Shown here one piece after another: positions 9,572 to 17,159 of a stretch of 64,000 bases of DNA. Location: positions 1 through 64,000 of the IMG/VR virus record IMGVR_UViG_3300045988_176357, one strand, 5' to 3'. The translations under genes were made by a program, and so were the position numbers. Numbering within the stretch: position 1 is the first letter of the stretch; every line of letters starts with the position of its first letter. Source of the stretch: a virus. Under the pieces are notes generated by a model, which was not told the DNA's origin, ran no database searches, and saw nothing but the letters and a program-made list of their open reading frames with translations.

Positions 9572-10702
9572 ATGATAGCAAGCAGAGCACACAAGATAAA
9601 ACTCATGCCGACGCCTGAGCAGCAGGAGAAACTCCGCAGGAGATTTCTCCAAGGACAGGCGGTAAGGCACTTGTGCATCGAGTGGAGCTGTGAAATGTAC
9701 GCAGCCTGGAAACAGGACCCTGCGAACAATGCTTACCCATCATATGAAGCGATGGATAAGCGGTACACAAAGGAGAAGCCCGAGGAGGGCAACCTCCTTC
9801 CAAGGTGTTCAGCGCAGCGTAAGGTGCGCGACACCTGGAAGGCAGTGGAAAACCACATCAAGCACCCTGATAAGTACGCATGTCCGGATTACACCAAGAA
9901 GCGTGATGTACATGAGTACACGCTTTATGTGAACAATCAAGCGGCAGAAGTGGGCACAGATCACGGTAAGCCTTATGTTCACTTTCCAAAGCTCGGACTT
10001 ATTCGGCTCGCCGAGGAGTTCCGCTTCAAAGGTGCACGCATAATGTCGTACACCTTTTCGTGGGATTGTGTGGACATGTATGTGTCCATACAAGCGCAAG
10101 TTGAGGTTACTCCGATGTGCACCAACGACTCCACAGTTGGAGTCGATGTGGGTCTCAAGCACATTGCGGTCGCCTCAGATGGCACCACACTCGACTACCC
10201 GAAGGCGTACAAGAAGGCGCAGAAGCGTGTACGCGCGGAGCAGCGTAAGCTGCAGCGCAAAGTTCAAGACAGCAACAATTACTGGAAGCAGTACAGGCGT
10301 CTCAAAAAGGCGTACAAGAGAAAGGCGAACGTTATTAACGACGCCTTACATAAGTACACCACACGGCTATGCAAGACGCACAGCACAGTCGTCACAGAGA
10401 ACCTCAGTATTGCAGACCTTATCAAGACGTCCGAGAAGTGGATGCGAAGAGGCTTCGCCTTGTCCCAGATGAAGCGACTGATTCAGCTGCTTCAGTACAA
10501 GGCTGCCATCTACCGGCAGGTAGAACGATTCTTCGCGAGCAGCAAAACTTGTTCCCGCTGCGGCTACAAGAACAATGCGCTCACACTTGCGGATCGTACT
10601 TATGTGTGCCCCGAATGCGGCCTCCAGATAGACCGTGACCTCAATGCGGCGCACAATACACGCAATTTCATTGTAGGGTCGGTCAGACCCGATCTCCGGT
10701 AA
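9572..10702 (+). CDS. tnpB: IS200/IS605-family TnpB (RuvC-like RNA-guided nuclease, OrfB)
   Basis: 376-aa ORF. C-terminal Zn-finger and RuvC-III region CSRCGYKNNALTLADRTYVCPECGLQIDRDLNAAHN. Upstream RBS aagagg. Confidence 0.85.
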   Translation: MIASRAHKIKLMPTPEQQEKLRRRFLQGQAVRHLCIEWSCEMYAAWKQDPANNAYPSYEAMDKRYTKEKPEEGNLLPRCSAQRKVRDTWKAVENHIKHPDKYACPDYTKKRDVHEYTLYVNNQAAEVGTDHGKPYVHFPKLGLIRLAEEFRFKGARIMSYTFSWDCVDMYVSIQAQVEVTPMCTNDSTVGVDVGLKHIAVASDGTTLDYPKAYKKAQKRVRAEQRKLQRKVQDSNNYWKQYRRLKKAYKRKANVINDALHKYTTRLCKTHSTVVTENLSIADLIKTSEKWMRRGFALSQMKRLIQLLQYKAAIYRQVERFFASSKTCSRCGYKNNALTLADRTYVCPECGLQIDRDLNAAHNTRNFIVGSVRPDLR

Positions 10703-10738
10703 CGGAGGTAGCTCTTCCCTCTTTGAGGGTGAGAAGAT

Positions 10739-11035
10739 ATGCGGTACCTCCCCGGTACCGACTATCATGACAGTATGATAACAGTCGTATGTCCTAAGTG
10801 CAAAAGAGAGAATACGATGTGCGTATGTATGTCCAATGCCGAATGCTATGTACCCATTCTTGGAATCCAGGATGACGGTACTGTTGAATACGGCTGTACT
10901 GATATCAACGAGGGCGATAACGTCGCCTACGAATGCAGTGAATGCGGCTACAGACTTCGTATCAAACCCGATGCCTTTGACGACAAGTTTGTGGCATGGG
11001 CAAAGAAGCAGCAACAGAAAAGGGAAAAGAAATGA
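10739..11035 (+). CDS. small Zn-ribbon protein
   Basis: Intact ORF with CPKC..CSECGY motifs. Confidence 0.5.
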   Translation: MRYLPGTDYHDSMITVVCPKCKRENTMCVCMSNAECYVPILGIQDDGTVEYGCTDINEGDNVAYECSECGYRLRIKPDAFDDKFVAWAKKQQQKREKK

Positions 11036-11322
11036 GAAAGCGCAAACTCAAGTTCATCTGTCCTCATTGTAAGAAAGAGGCTCAGATCGTCGACGTTATG
11101 CAGGACGCAGAAGTGCACATGCCTGTCGACTATGTAGACACAGAAGGGTTCCTGCACTATGACAGACAGGAGCCCATGATCGTATCCAAGAAAGGCCACT
11201 TCGCATGTGACGAGTGCGGCGGCCGCATTCCTATCAGGACATCAGGATTCGCCAACAGGTACGATGCTCTTGTACATTATCTTGAGCGTCGCTTCTACAA
11301 CAGCGAGAAGCCATGCAAGTAA
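11032..11322 (+). CDS. small Zn-ribbon protein
   Basis: ATG overlaps the upstream stop (ATGA). CPHCKK..CDECGG motifs. Confidence 0.5.
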   Translation: MRKRKLKFICPHCKKEAQIVDVMQDAEVHMPVDYVDTEGFLHYDRQEPMIVSKKGHFACDECGGRIPIRTSGFANRYDALVHYLERRFYNSEKPCK

Positions 11323-11738
11323 CGACACTGCACGATAAGGCGCAGCAGCCTGAGCAGATTGCACTCGATGTATACCTGCTTAAAGTCGCATATACGACGG
11401 AGGCCGGTCCTCTGCTGTCTGTATTTGCAGGACTGTCGCTTGTTCTGCCGGAGGGCGCGTACGTCACAGTGCATCCTGTAGGCGAGCTGTGGCGGTATGG
11501 TCTGGTGGCGTGCAACGGTACTGCACTGTTTATGTCAGGCGAGCCCATTGCTGTGGACTTCTACAGGATAGGACCTGCAAACCTGACATTCACGCAGGGC
11601 ATGACATTTGCACGTATTGCTGTGCACAGATCAAGTGCAGTAAACACCAAGCCGGATGATACGCCTGCAGGCACAGCAACAGATGGAATAGAATTAACTA
11701 CAAGAACCGAGTCGGTTGAAGAACCCGAAATATACTAA
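11313..11738 (+). CDS. hypothetical protein
   Basis: Intact 141-codon ORF overlapping the upstream stop. Confidence 0.45.
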   Translation: MQVTTLHDKAQQPEQIALDVYLLKVAYTTEAGPLLSVFAGLSLVLPEGAYVTVHPVGELWRYGLVACNGTALFMSGEPIAVDFYRIGPANLTFTQGMTFARIAVHRSSAVNTKPDDTPAGTATDGIELTTRTESVEEPEIY

Positions 11739-11758
11739 TACACACAGGAGAAAAGCGA

Positions 11759-12490
11759 ATGGCGAAGAAAGTAGAAAAGAGAACGACGAAGAAGAGCCTG
11801 TCAAAATCAACACCGAAAACCAAAGTAAAGAAAACAGTTACCAGGAAAGCTGCACGCAAACCATCTGAACCAGCTGCTGTAAACATTCCTGTAAGTGCCT
11901 TCTATAAGTACATTTCAGGATGTATCGAAACACTGTACGGTACAGATGATCCTGCAGATCTCAGGGCGAAAGCTGCTGTTGGAAAGGAACTGGCGGAAAA
12001 AGCGTATATGGAAGCTGTTGTAAACGACCTCAAGGCAACAGAACTCAAGCACGCGCCTGCTGCCGACAAGATGCGCATAGTCAACGCTTCATTGGCACAA
12101 GCATGCTCTACGCTGCGCAAGATCGAAGCATCTAAGAAGGATGGGAGAACGCCTGAGAATATGCTGCGAATGTTGGCGAAATTCAGTGAAGGCATCGAAG
12201 GTCTTGAACACCTGACAAAGCTTTGCGCTTCCAGCAGCAAGGCATCGTACAAAGACATACTTGCACAAGAAAAGAAACTGAAAGCTGAAATAGATACATA
12301 TAAGCGTCTGGCAGCAGAGAAAGGCGAGGAGGCGACAGCAGAAGAGCTGGTTGTCAAAGCGTGTGCAGACATGAAAGCGAGAGCGGCAAAAAGTCTTGAA
12401 GACATCAAGACAGCAAAGCAAAAGGTCAAGGCTCTGGAAGGTGCGGCCCAGCTGCTTGAAAGGTTGGCTGCAGAGGCTGGCGAGGCCTGA
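11759..12490 (+). CDS. Lys-rich (histone H1-like N-terminus) coiled-coil DNA-binding protein
   Basis: N-terminus MAKKVEKRTTKKSLSKSTPKTKVKKTVTRKAARKP followed by an Ala/Lys/Glu-rich helical region. RBS aggag. Confidence 0.6.
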   Translation: MAKKVEKRTTKKSLSKSTPKTKVKKTVTRKAARKPSEPAAVNIPVSAFYKYISGCIETLYGTDDPADLRAKAAVGKELAEKAYMEAVVNDLKATELKHAPAADKMRIVNASLAQACSTLRKIEASKKDGRTPENMLRMLAKFSEGIEGLEHLTKLCASSSKASYKDILAQEKKLKAEIDTYKRLAAEKGEEATAEELVVKACADMKARAAKSLEDIKTAKQKVKALEGAAQLLERLAAEAGEA

Positions 12491-12492
12491 TC

Positions 12493-12828
12493 ATGGACCC
12501 GGCATATCTCCAGCTCTGTACACAGATACCTGATGACAGGTTCCGTGACTGCGACTACTGGCTGCCGAAACCTGGTTCAGACTGCGCTGTGTTTGTGCCA
12601 AAGGATTCCGAGCACGCATGGAAACCAGTACCAGTATTCGATGCTCTTCGGAAAGAACTGGATGCTGCATTTCCTGGTGGCTACATGCTCATGATGTCAC
12701 AAGGCAAGTGGTACATGTCTCTGCTCGAATCCAAGCAGCGGTACGAAGGAAATGCTCCTGAGACAATGATGCTCGGCATATTACTGCAAACATGGAAAGG
12801 AAGCGACAGTGGAACAGGGACAGTGTAA
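12493..12828 (+). CDS. hypothetical protein
   Basis: Intact ORF immediately after the preceding stop. Confidence 0.45.
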   Translation: MDPAYLQLCTQIPDDRFRDCDYWLPKPGSDCAVFVPKDSEHAWKPVPVFDALRKELDAAFPGGYMLMMSQGKWYMSLLESKQRYEGNAPETMMLGILLQTWKGSDSGTGTV

Positions 12829-12924
12829 GCACTGCGGCAAGGTGTATGGCGTAGAGCCGTATGCAGGGCAGTACATTGTGAAATGCACTAATCCTAAGTG
12901 CAAATCACAGAACAAGTGAACTAT

Positions 12925-12960
12925 GGCCCCCTGTGAGGTAACACTTGCAGGGGGCTTTTT
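12925..12960 (+). terminator. rho-independent terminator (same hairpin as at 3142)
   Basis: ggccccctgtgaggtaacacttgcagggggc followed by a T-run. Confidence 0.7.
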
Positions 12961-12974
12961 AATGGGAACTTAAC

Positions 12975-13157
12975 ATGATATCCGGTTACTTACTTATGCT
13001 GAGTGTGTTCTGGTTCATTGCACTGGTGCTGATTGCTTCAGTAAAGTTGAACAACGGAGAAGATGATACAGCTGTCAGTACGTGGTTATCTCGACATGCT
13101 GTCTTGCCAGGCACTATACTTTTACTGAGCTATGTGTTGGCTGGTCTTAAAATATAA
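12975..13157 (+). CDS. small membrane protein
   Basis: 60-codon ORF with two hydrophobic helices. Confidence 0.35.
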   Translation: MISGYLLMLSVFWFIALVLIASVKLNNGEDDTAVSTWLSRHAVLPGTILLLSYVLAGLKI

Positions 13158-13174
13158 TCAAACGAGAGGGAAAA

Positions 13175-13774
13175 ATGAGATACATTTGTAAGAATAAAGA
13201 ATGCACTGCGTATTGTAATCTTAACGTTATTTGTACACAAGATCGTCCTTTGTATTGTCCGATTACAGCGGAGCGTGTCAAATTTAAGAACTTCGATGAG
13301 TTTGACTGCGACGAAGACCCCTGCGAAGCGGAAGATGCGGATTTCGACGAAGTCACAATCAATGGTGTGCAGGTTGCAGCGCATTCTTTCCTGCTGGATG
13401 AGCATGCAGTCAGCTTGTGTGAGGTACTGAAAGTGACCAAGGACAGGCTTGAACTGTATGAGTTCGGGAAGGGTGTCATCACGATGAGCATCGATGATGT
13501 CGCACGCACATACGAGCCAGTGACATACAAACCGTACGATGCGAGTCAGCTTCCGGCTCTTGTTGGTACACGTATCGATGTACACGAGAGCACAGACCCG
13601 ACATCACCTATAGTCCGTACAGGCACTGTATCCGCATATACGTTAGACGCAGTTATCGTCGACGGAAATCGGTACAATCGGTATGACTTAGCGAATCTGG
13701 CGACTTTTGCTGATCCGCCGCGCTGGCCAGTCGTACAACTTTTGGGAAAGGACGGAAAGGAAACAAATGGTTGA
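13175..13774 (+). CDS. hypothetical protein
   Basis: Intact ORF with RBS agagggaaaaATG. Confidence 0.5.
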   Translation: MRYICKNKECTAYCNLNVICTQDRPLYCPITAERVKFKNFDEFDCDEDPCEAEDADFDEVTINGVQVAAHSFLLDEHAVSLCEVLKVTKDRLELYEFGKGVITMSIDDVARTYEPVTYKPYDASQLPALVGTRIDVHESTDPTSPIVRTGTVSAYTLDAVIVDGNRYNRYDLANLATFADPPRWPVVQLLGKDGKETNG

Positions 13775-14117
13775 AGGTTACAACGTGCACGTATGTGAGC
13801 ACGCACATATCACATACTCCGACTATGCTGTAGAGATGTCCAAGTGCAGCGAATGTGGAGCACCGATAAAGCGTACATGGAATATCACAGAAAGCGACGA
13901 TGTGGACGCAAAGGAAGATGCTGCCGAAGCTTACTCACAGCAGCTTACCAACACAAGTGTAAAATGTCTGGAATTTCGTATTAAGGAACTTGTAGACGAG
14001 ATCGTCAGACTCCGTGATCACTGTGATAAACAGATCGAGACCAGAGTTAAGATTTTAGATGGGTTCTATGAGAAGCTGGATAAGCTCAAGCTGAAGGACT
14101 CGGTATGTGGGCAGTAA
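13767..14117 (+). CDS. hypothetical protein with CxxC motif
   Basis: Internal ATG of track ORF 13707..14117 with RBS ggaaagga. Overlaps the upstream stop. Confidence 0.45.
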   Translation: MVEGYNVHVCEHAHITYSDYAVEMSKCSECGAPIKRTWNITESDDVDAKEDAAEAYSQQLTNTSVKCLEFRIKELVDEIVRLRDHCDKQIETRVKILDGFYEKLDKLKLKDSVCGQ

Positions 14118-14581
14118 ATGTTGCTGTTTTCAAGACATATGATGCCGCAGTAGCATCAGCTTTGGTTGCACTCTTCATTCTTTTAGCTTTGCTTGCTATA
14201 TGGTTTCTCACTAACATAATGAGTTCCGGCAGCACAATTATGTCAACGAAAACTATTATTACACTGATGTGTCCTGTATGCGCAATATGCGTACTGGATG
14301 CCTTACCTTCTTCCTATACGATATGCAGCTCACTGTACATTACTGAAGTTTCGAGAGTGTCTCCAAATGAACAGACTCTTGTCAAGCTCATACGTGTGGC
14401 AAAGGTGCTGAAATATAAGAAAGGAGTGAGTACACACTCAGCTGAGTATAGCAAGCGCTTTGCTACAGACTTTCCCGGATATGAAAAATACCTGCAGGAA
14501 AGCGCCGAAACAGCTAAAAACAGCGCATATTTTTGGCATAATAAAGTGAAGGAGGATTTAGACTGCTCAACATGTGGTTAA
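14105..14581 (+). CDS. membrane protein; its last 17 codons are duplicated at 20765
   Basis: Intact ORF with two or three TM helices. C-terminus ..TAKNSAYFWHNKVKEDLDCSTCG. Confidence 0.55.
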   Translation: MWAVNVAVFKTYDAAVASALVALFILLALLAIWFLTNIMSSGSTIMSTKTIITLMCPVCAICVLDALPSSYTICSSLYITEVSRVSPNEQTLVKLIRVAKVLKYKKGVSTHSAEYSKRFATDFPGYEKYLQESAETAKNSAYFWHNKVKEDLDCSTCG

Positions 14582-14600
14582 GCAGGATCCTCCGTAACTT
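14523..14600 (+). repeat. direct repeat copy 1 (35 nt identical plus flanking hairpin), paralogous to 20765-20840
   Basis: gcgcatatttttggcataataaagtgaaggaggat, then an inverted-repeat hairpin ggaggat..atcctcc. Confidence 0.6.
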
Positions 14601-14621
14601 ATTAACAGAAAGGTTCACACT

Positions 14622-14861
14622 ATGAACAGTTCTGAGTGCGCCAAGTGCGCAAACGAAAAGGCTTGCTGTTAGCACGCTGACAGTGAAGTCAAAAAGCAGC
14701 TGGAAGATCTGAACAAGAAAATGGAAAAGCTTCAAAGTGGGCTTTTCCACACAGAACTCTGGCTGTCTTATTATAAATATACCACATTCGTGTTATCCTT
14801 CGGGATTGTCACGTATGTGGTATTGAAGTTGTTCTTTAGTTAATAAAGAACACGTCCTGAG
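14622..14861 (+). CDS. small coiled-coil plus TM protein whose frame contains TAG codons
   Basis: ATG with RBS aaagg. MNSSECAKCANEKACC-TAG-HADSEVKKQLEDL..FVLSFGIVTYV.. Closed by TGA only if TAG is read through. Architecture matches the ORF at 20862. Confidence 0.3.
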
Positions 14862-14878
14862 CACGACGTTAAACTGCC
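14855..14878 (+). repeat. 24-nt direct repeat, copy 1 (gtcctgagcacgacgttaaactgc)
   Basis: Exact or 1-mismatch copies at 14855, 14940 and 15899. Confidence 0.7.
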
Positions 14879-14939
14879 TATTCTCCGGGTGCCCCCTATA
14901 ACGGGGCTCGATAGGCACACATCCGTGCCGCCCGGAGTG
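14879..14939 (+). ncRNA. 61-nt element with predicted three-way-junction fold between direct repeats 1 and 2
   Basis: ctccgggtg / cgcccggag closing stem, with internal hairpins gccccctataacggggc and ggcacacatccgtgcc. Confidence 0.3.
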
Positions 14940-14963
14940 TCCTGAGCAAGACGTTAAACTGCT
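14940..14963 (+). repeat. 24-nt direct repeat, copy 2
   Basis: gtcctgagcaagacgttaaactgc (1 mismatch). Confidence 0.7.
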
Positions 14964-15898
14964 CACATTTTGATTTTTACCTAAGTCCTTGCAACTCAGA
15001 TACTTGCACGTAGTTAAGGACGCATATGCGAAAGCATATCAGAGTCTGAGAGATCCCGACCGTGGTCCCTGGTAGGTCACTCAAAGGGACAAGCGGCCGC
15101 CTCAGGGCGGGGAAGCAATAATTTCATTAACAAAACAACAGTAACAACAAAATCTACGGAGCTTTTACCATGACGTAGTACATTTAGATTGATATCAAGC
15201 ATGTCAGTCATGCCCAGTATGACCTCTGCCAAAGGTCCGTGCCGGTGCGTATCACCGGAAGCTATCTAGGGTTCTCGGGGAGACAACGGAGTTGGCCGCC
15301 AACTCGCCCTTGTGGGTGCCATTCCCACAGCCGCAGCACGTTGGCATAATGTGACTGCAAGTGCACGGACTGGTGAAGCTTCCAAGAAGGAGGCTAGCCA
15401 TCGTCGGGCGTTATGATACCTGGGTCATGACGTCGGTAGCTTACGCGCAAGCGTACCAGGACTTCTTATGAAGGAATATCGGAATGAAGCAGGCTTATAA
15501 CTAACAATTATATTGACTGTGGAATTTCATTCGGGTGAACTCTTGATGAGTTCTCGAACACCGGAACAGTTAAGTTACATGGGCATAGGCAAAGCAAGCT
15601 CATATAACCAATGACTGTATGGCTGCGGACTGCTGTAAGGCAGGTGTGCAGCAAGTTCGGTCAGCAGCACCTTACGCTGTTAAAACGACAAGCAAAATGT
15701 TTGTAAAAAGGGCAGCCTGCAGTAACAGGTTTCATGCGCTTGATCTTGCGTGCCCTTAAAGATCTTTGGAAGACGAGCCAGCCCGGACATCGCGGTGTCT
15801 GCAGTAATCTTCCATGCAATCCCCAATCCTTCGGGAAAGGGTTTCTGGAATCCTACGGGGTTCCAGTTTTCTCTCCATTCAGCGCACCAGTTGCGCGC
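14964..15898 (+). ncRNA. ORF-free 935-nt region with many stem-forming segments: candidate large structured ncRNA (family unassigned)
   Basis: No ORF of 60 codons or more on either strand. Many strong local inverted repeats. Bounded by 24-nt direct repeats and lies about 700 nt upstream of a tRNA. Confidence 0.35.
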
Positions 15899-15922
15899 GT
15901 CCTGAGCACGACGTTAAACTGC
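15899..15922 (+). repeat. 24-nt direct repeat, copy 3
   Basis: gtcctgagcacgacgttaaactgc. Confidence 0.7.
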
Positions 15923-16232
15923 TCTTTTTATGTATTCATGTCAGTGCATTTTACAGAGTGCATTGAGATGACTACATAATGTAGTCAACTTAAAACGAAA
16001 GGAGATTCATATGAACCAGAAAACAAACCAGGATCAGGTTGTGTATTGCCTGATGAGGAAAAATCTCGATACACGAGAGACCGATATCCGTATGGTTGTC
16101 GGTACACGCAAAGCCGCCGATAAATGGCTTCAACGCCAGGCGGAGCCGCCATATGCTATCGAGGATCGACAGAACAGACAGGTAATCTGCAGAGGTTTCC
16201 TGTATTACATGGAACAGAGAAAGGTACGATAA

Positions 16233-16450
16233 TGAAATTTATCAGTATACTTCTGTTTGTCTCTTTATGGGCTTTGGTGCTGTTATCTTGTGTACGTTCT
16301 GTCAAGAGCTCCACTGAATGTACAGAACAGAGATGTGCAGAACAGAAAGCTGCAGATGCTCAAAAGAAATATGAGACGACTATGTTTTGGATCCCTGATG
16401 GGAAAGGCAACATACGTCCTCAATTTATCGTAACAGAGAAAGCGCGGTGA
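16233..16450 (+). CDS. small putative lipoprotein
   Basis: MKFISILLFVSLWALVLLSC: signal peptide plus lipobox-like Cys. RBS agaaagg. Confidence 0.45.
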
Positions 16451-16604
16451 TCAATGTTCACTGTAAGCCTTTTCTGCGCTCACAGCATTGTGTATATGGC
16501 ACTGACTATGGTCTGTGCGTATACGCTCCTGTGGGCAATAGATTTGCTTACAAGATAAGTAAGCAGTAGTATATGTGCAGTACTTCTGCTGTACATATAC
16601 ACAT

Positions 16605-16682
16605 GGGACCGTAGCTTAGTCGGTTAGCAGCTGCTGACTCATACTCAGCCGGCCGCAGGTTCGAGCCCTGCCGGTCCCACCA
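16605..16682 (+). tRNA. tRNA-Met (anticodon CAT; elongator Met or Ile-lysidine type)
   Basis: Cloverleaf: acceptor GGGACCG/CGGTCCC, D-arm GCTT..AGC, anticodon stem GCTGA/TCAGC with loop CTCATAC, T-arm GCAGG TTCGAGC CCTGC. Encoded CCA. G1-C72 argues against an initiator. Confidence 0.85.
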
Positions 16683-16727
16683 TTCAACCGCACGCAACGT
16701 GCAAATCAGTACAACAAGGAGTATATA

Positions 16728-16994
16728 ATGAAAGCCTATGTAAAAGTGAAATACTCATCCATAAAATTCCCTCAAAAAGGATCTATGAGGATTCTTGTGA
16801 GAGGGACTTGGTATCTTGTGCCAAGAAAAGAACTTCATCCTGCAGAGTATGAGGAGATGCTGAGACTCAGAAGAATGAAGCTTCCGGCAGGGGAAGCCGA
16901 AAGTAAGTTCTCCAGCTGGGGCATGACAATCACTGTCAGCGCCCGTTGGAAAGACTTGCAGGAAATCCCCTACAGAGAAGTAATCTTCGACTGA
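16728..16994 (+). CDS. hypothetical protein
   Basis: Intact ORF with RBS aaggag. Followed by a strong terminator. Confidence 0.5.
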   Translation: MKAYVKVKYSSIKFPQKGSMRILVRGTWYLVPRKELHPAEYEEMLRLRRMKLPAGEAESKFSSWGMTITVSARWKDLQEIPYREVIFD

Positions 16995-17036
16995 CAGGAT
17001 CATCTGACCTGTTACTTGAGAAGATCGCCAAATAAT

Positions 17037-17072
17037 AAAAAGGGGCCGTAATGGCCCCTTGAGTTTTCTTTT
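17037..17072. terminator. bidirectional rho-independent terminator
   Basis: aaaaggggccgtaatggccccttgagttttctttt. A/T runs on both sides. Sits between convergent genes. Confidence 0.75.
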
Positions 17073-17159
17073 ACTATGCAGCGGATACGTACTGTCATGA
17101 TCTCACCGGCATTGCACCGGAGTCGGCGTATTTCCAAATGTCACAGTATAATTGAGTGT

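Larger units (their letters stand above)
9160..10718 (+). mobile_element. IStron-like chimera: group I intron fused upstream of IS605-family tnpB
   Basis: Ribozyme core at 9160-9502 is followed directly by tnpB. A subterminal hairpin ctccggtaacggag lies just past the tnpB stop. This layout matches the described IStron architecture (CdISt1-like). Confidence 0.55.

Noticed and set aside
9809-10162. Minus-strand ORFs overlapping tnpB
   Set aside because: They are antisense to a well-supported TnpB ORF with conserved motifs.
15515-15545. Hammerhead-like CTGATGAG motif (gaactcttgatgagttctcgaac)
   Set aside because: The segment is a simple perfect hairpin (gaactc/gagttc) with no stem II/III arrangement and no CGAAA core.
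14855-15922. Possible CRISPR array suggested by the 24-nt direct repeats
   Set aside because: There are only three copies and the spacers are grossly unequal (61 nt and 935 nt). No cas genes are nearby.
16605-16682. tRNA as the amber suppressor
   Set aside because: The anticodon loop reads CTCATAC, so the anticodon is CAT (Met/Ile type), not CTA.
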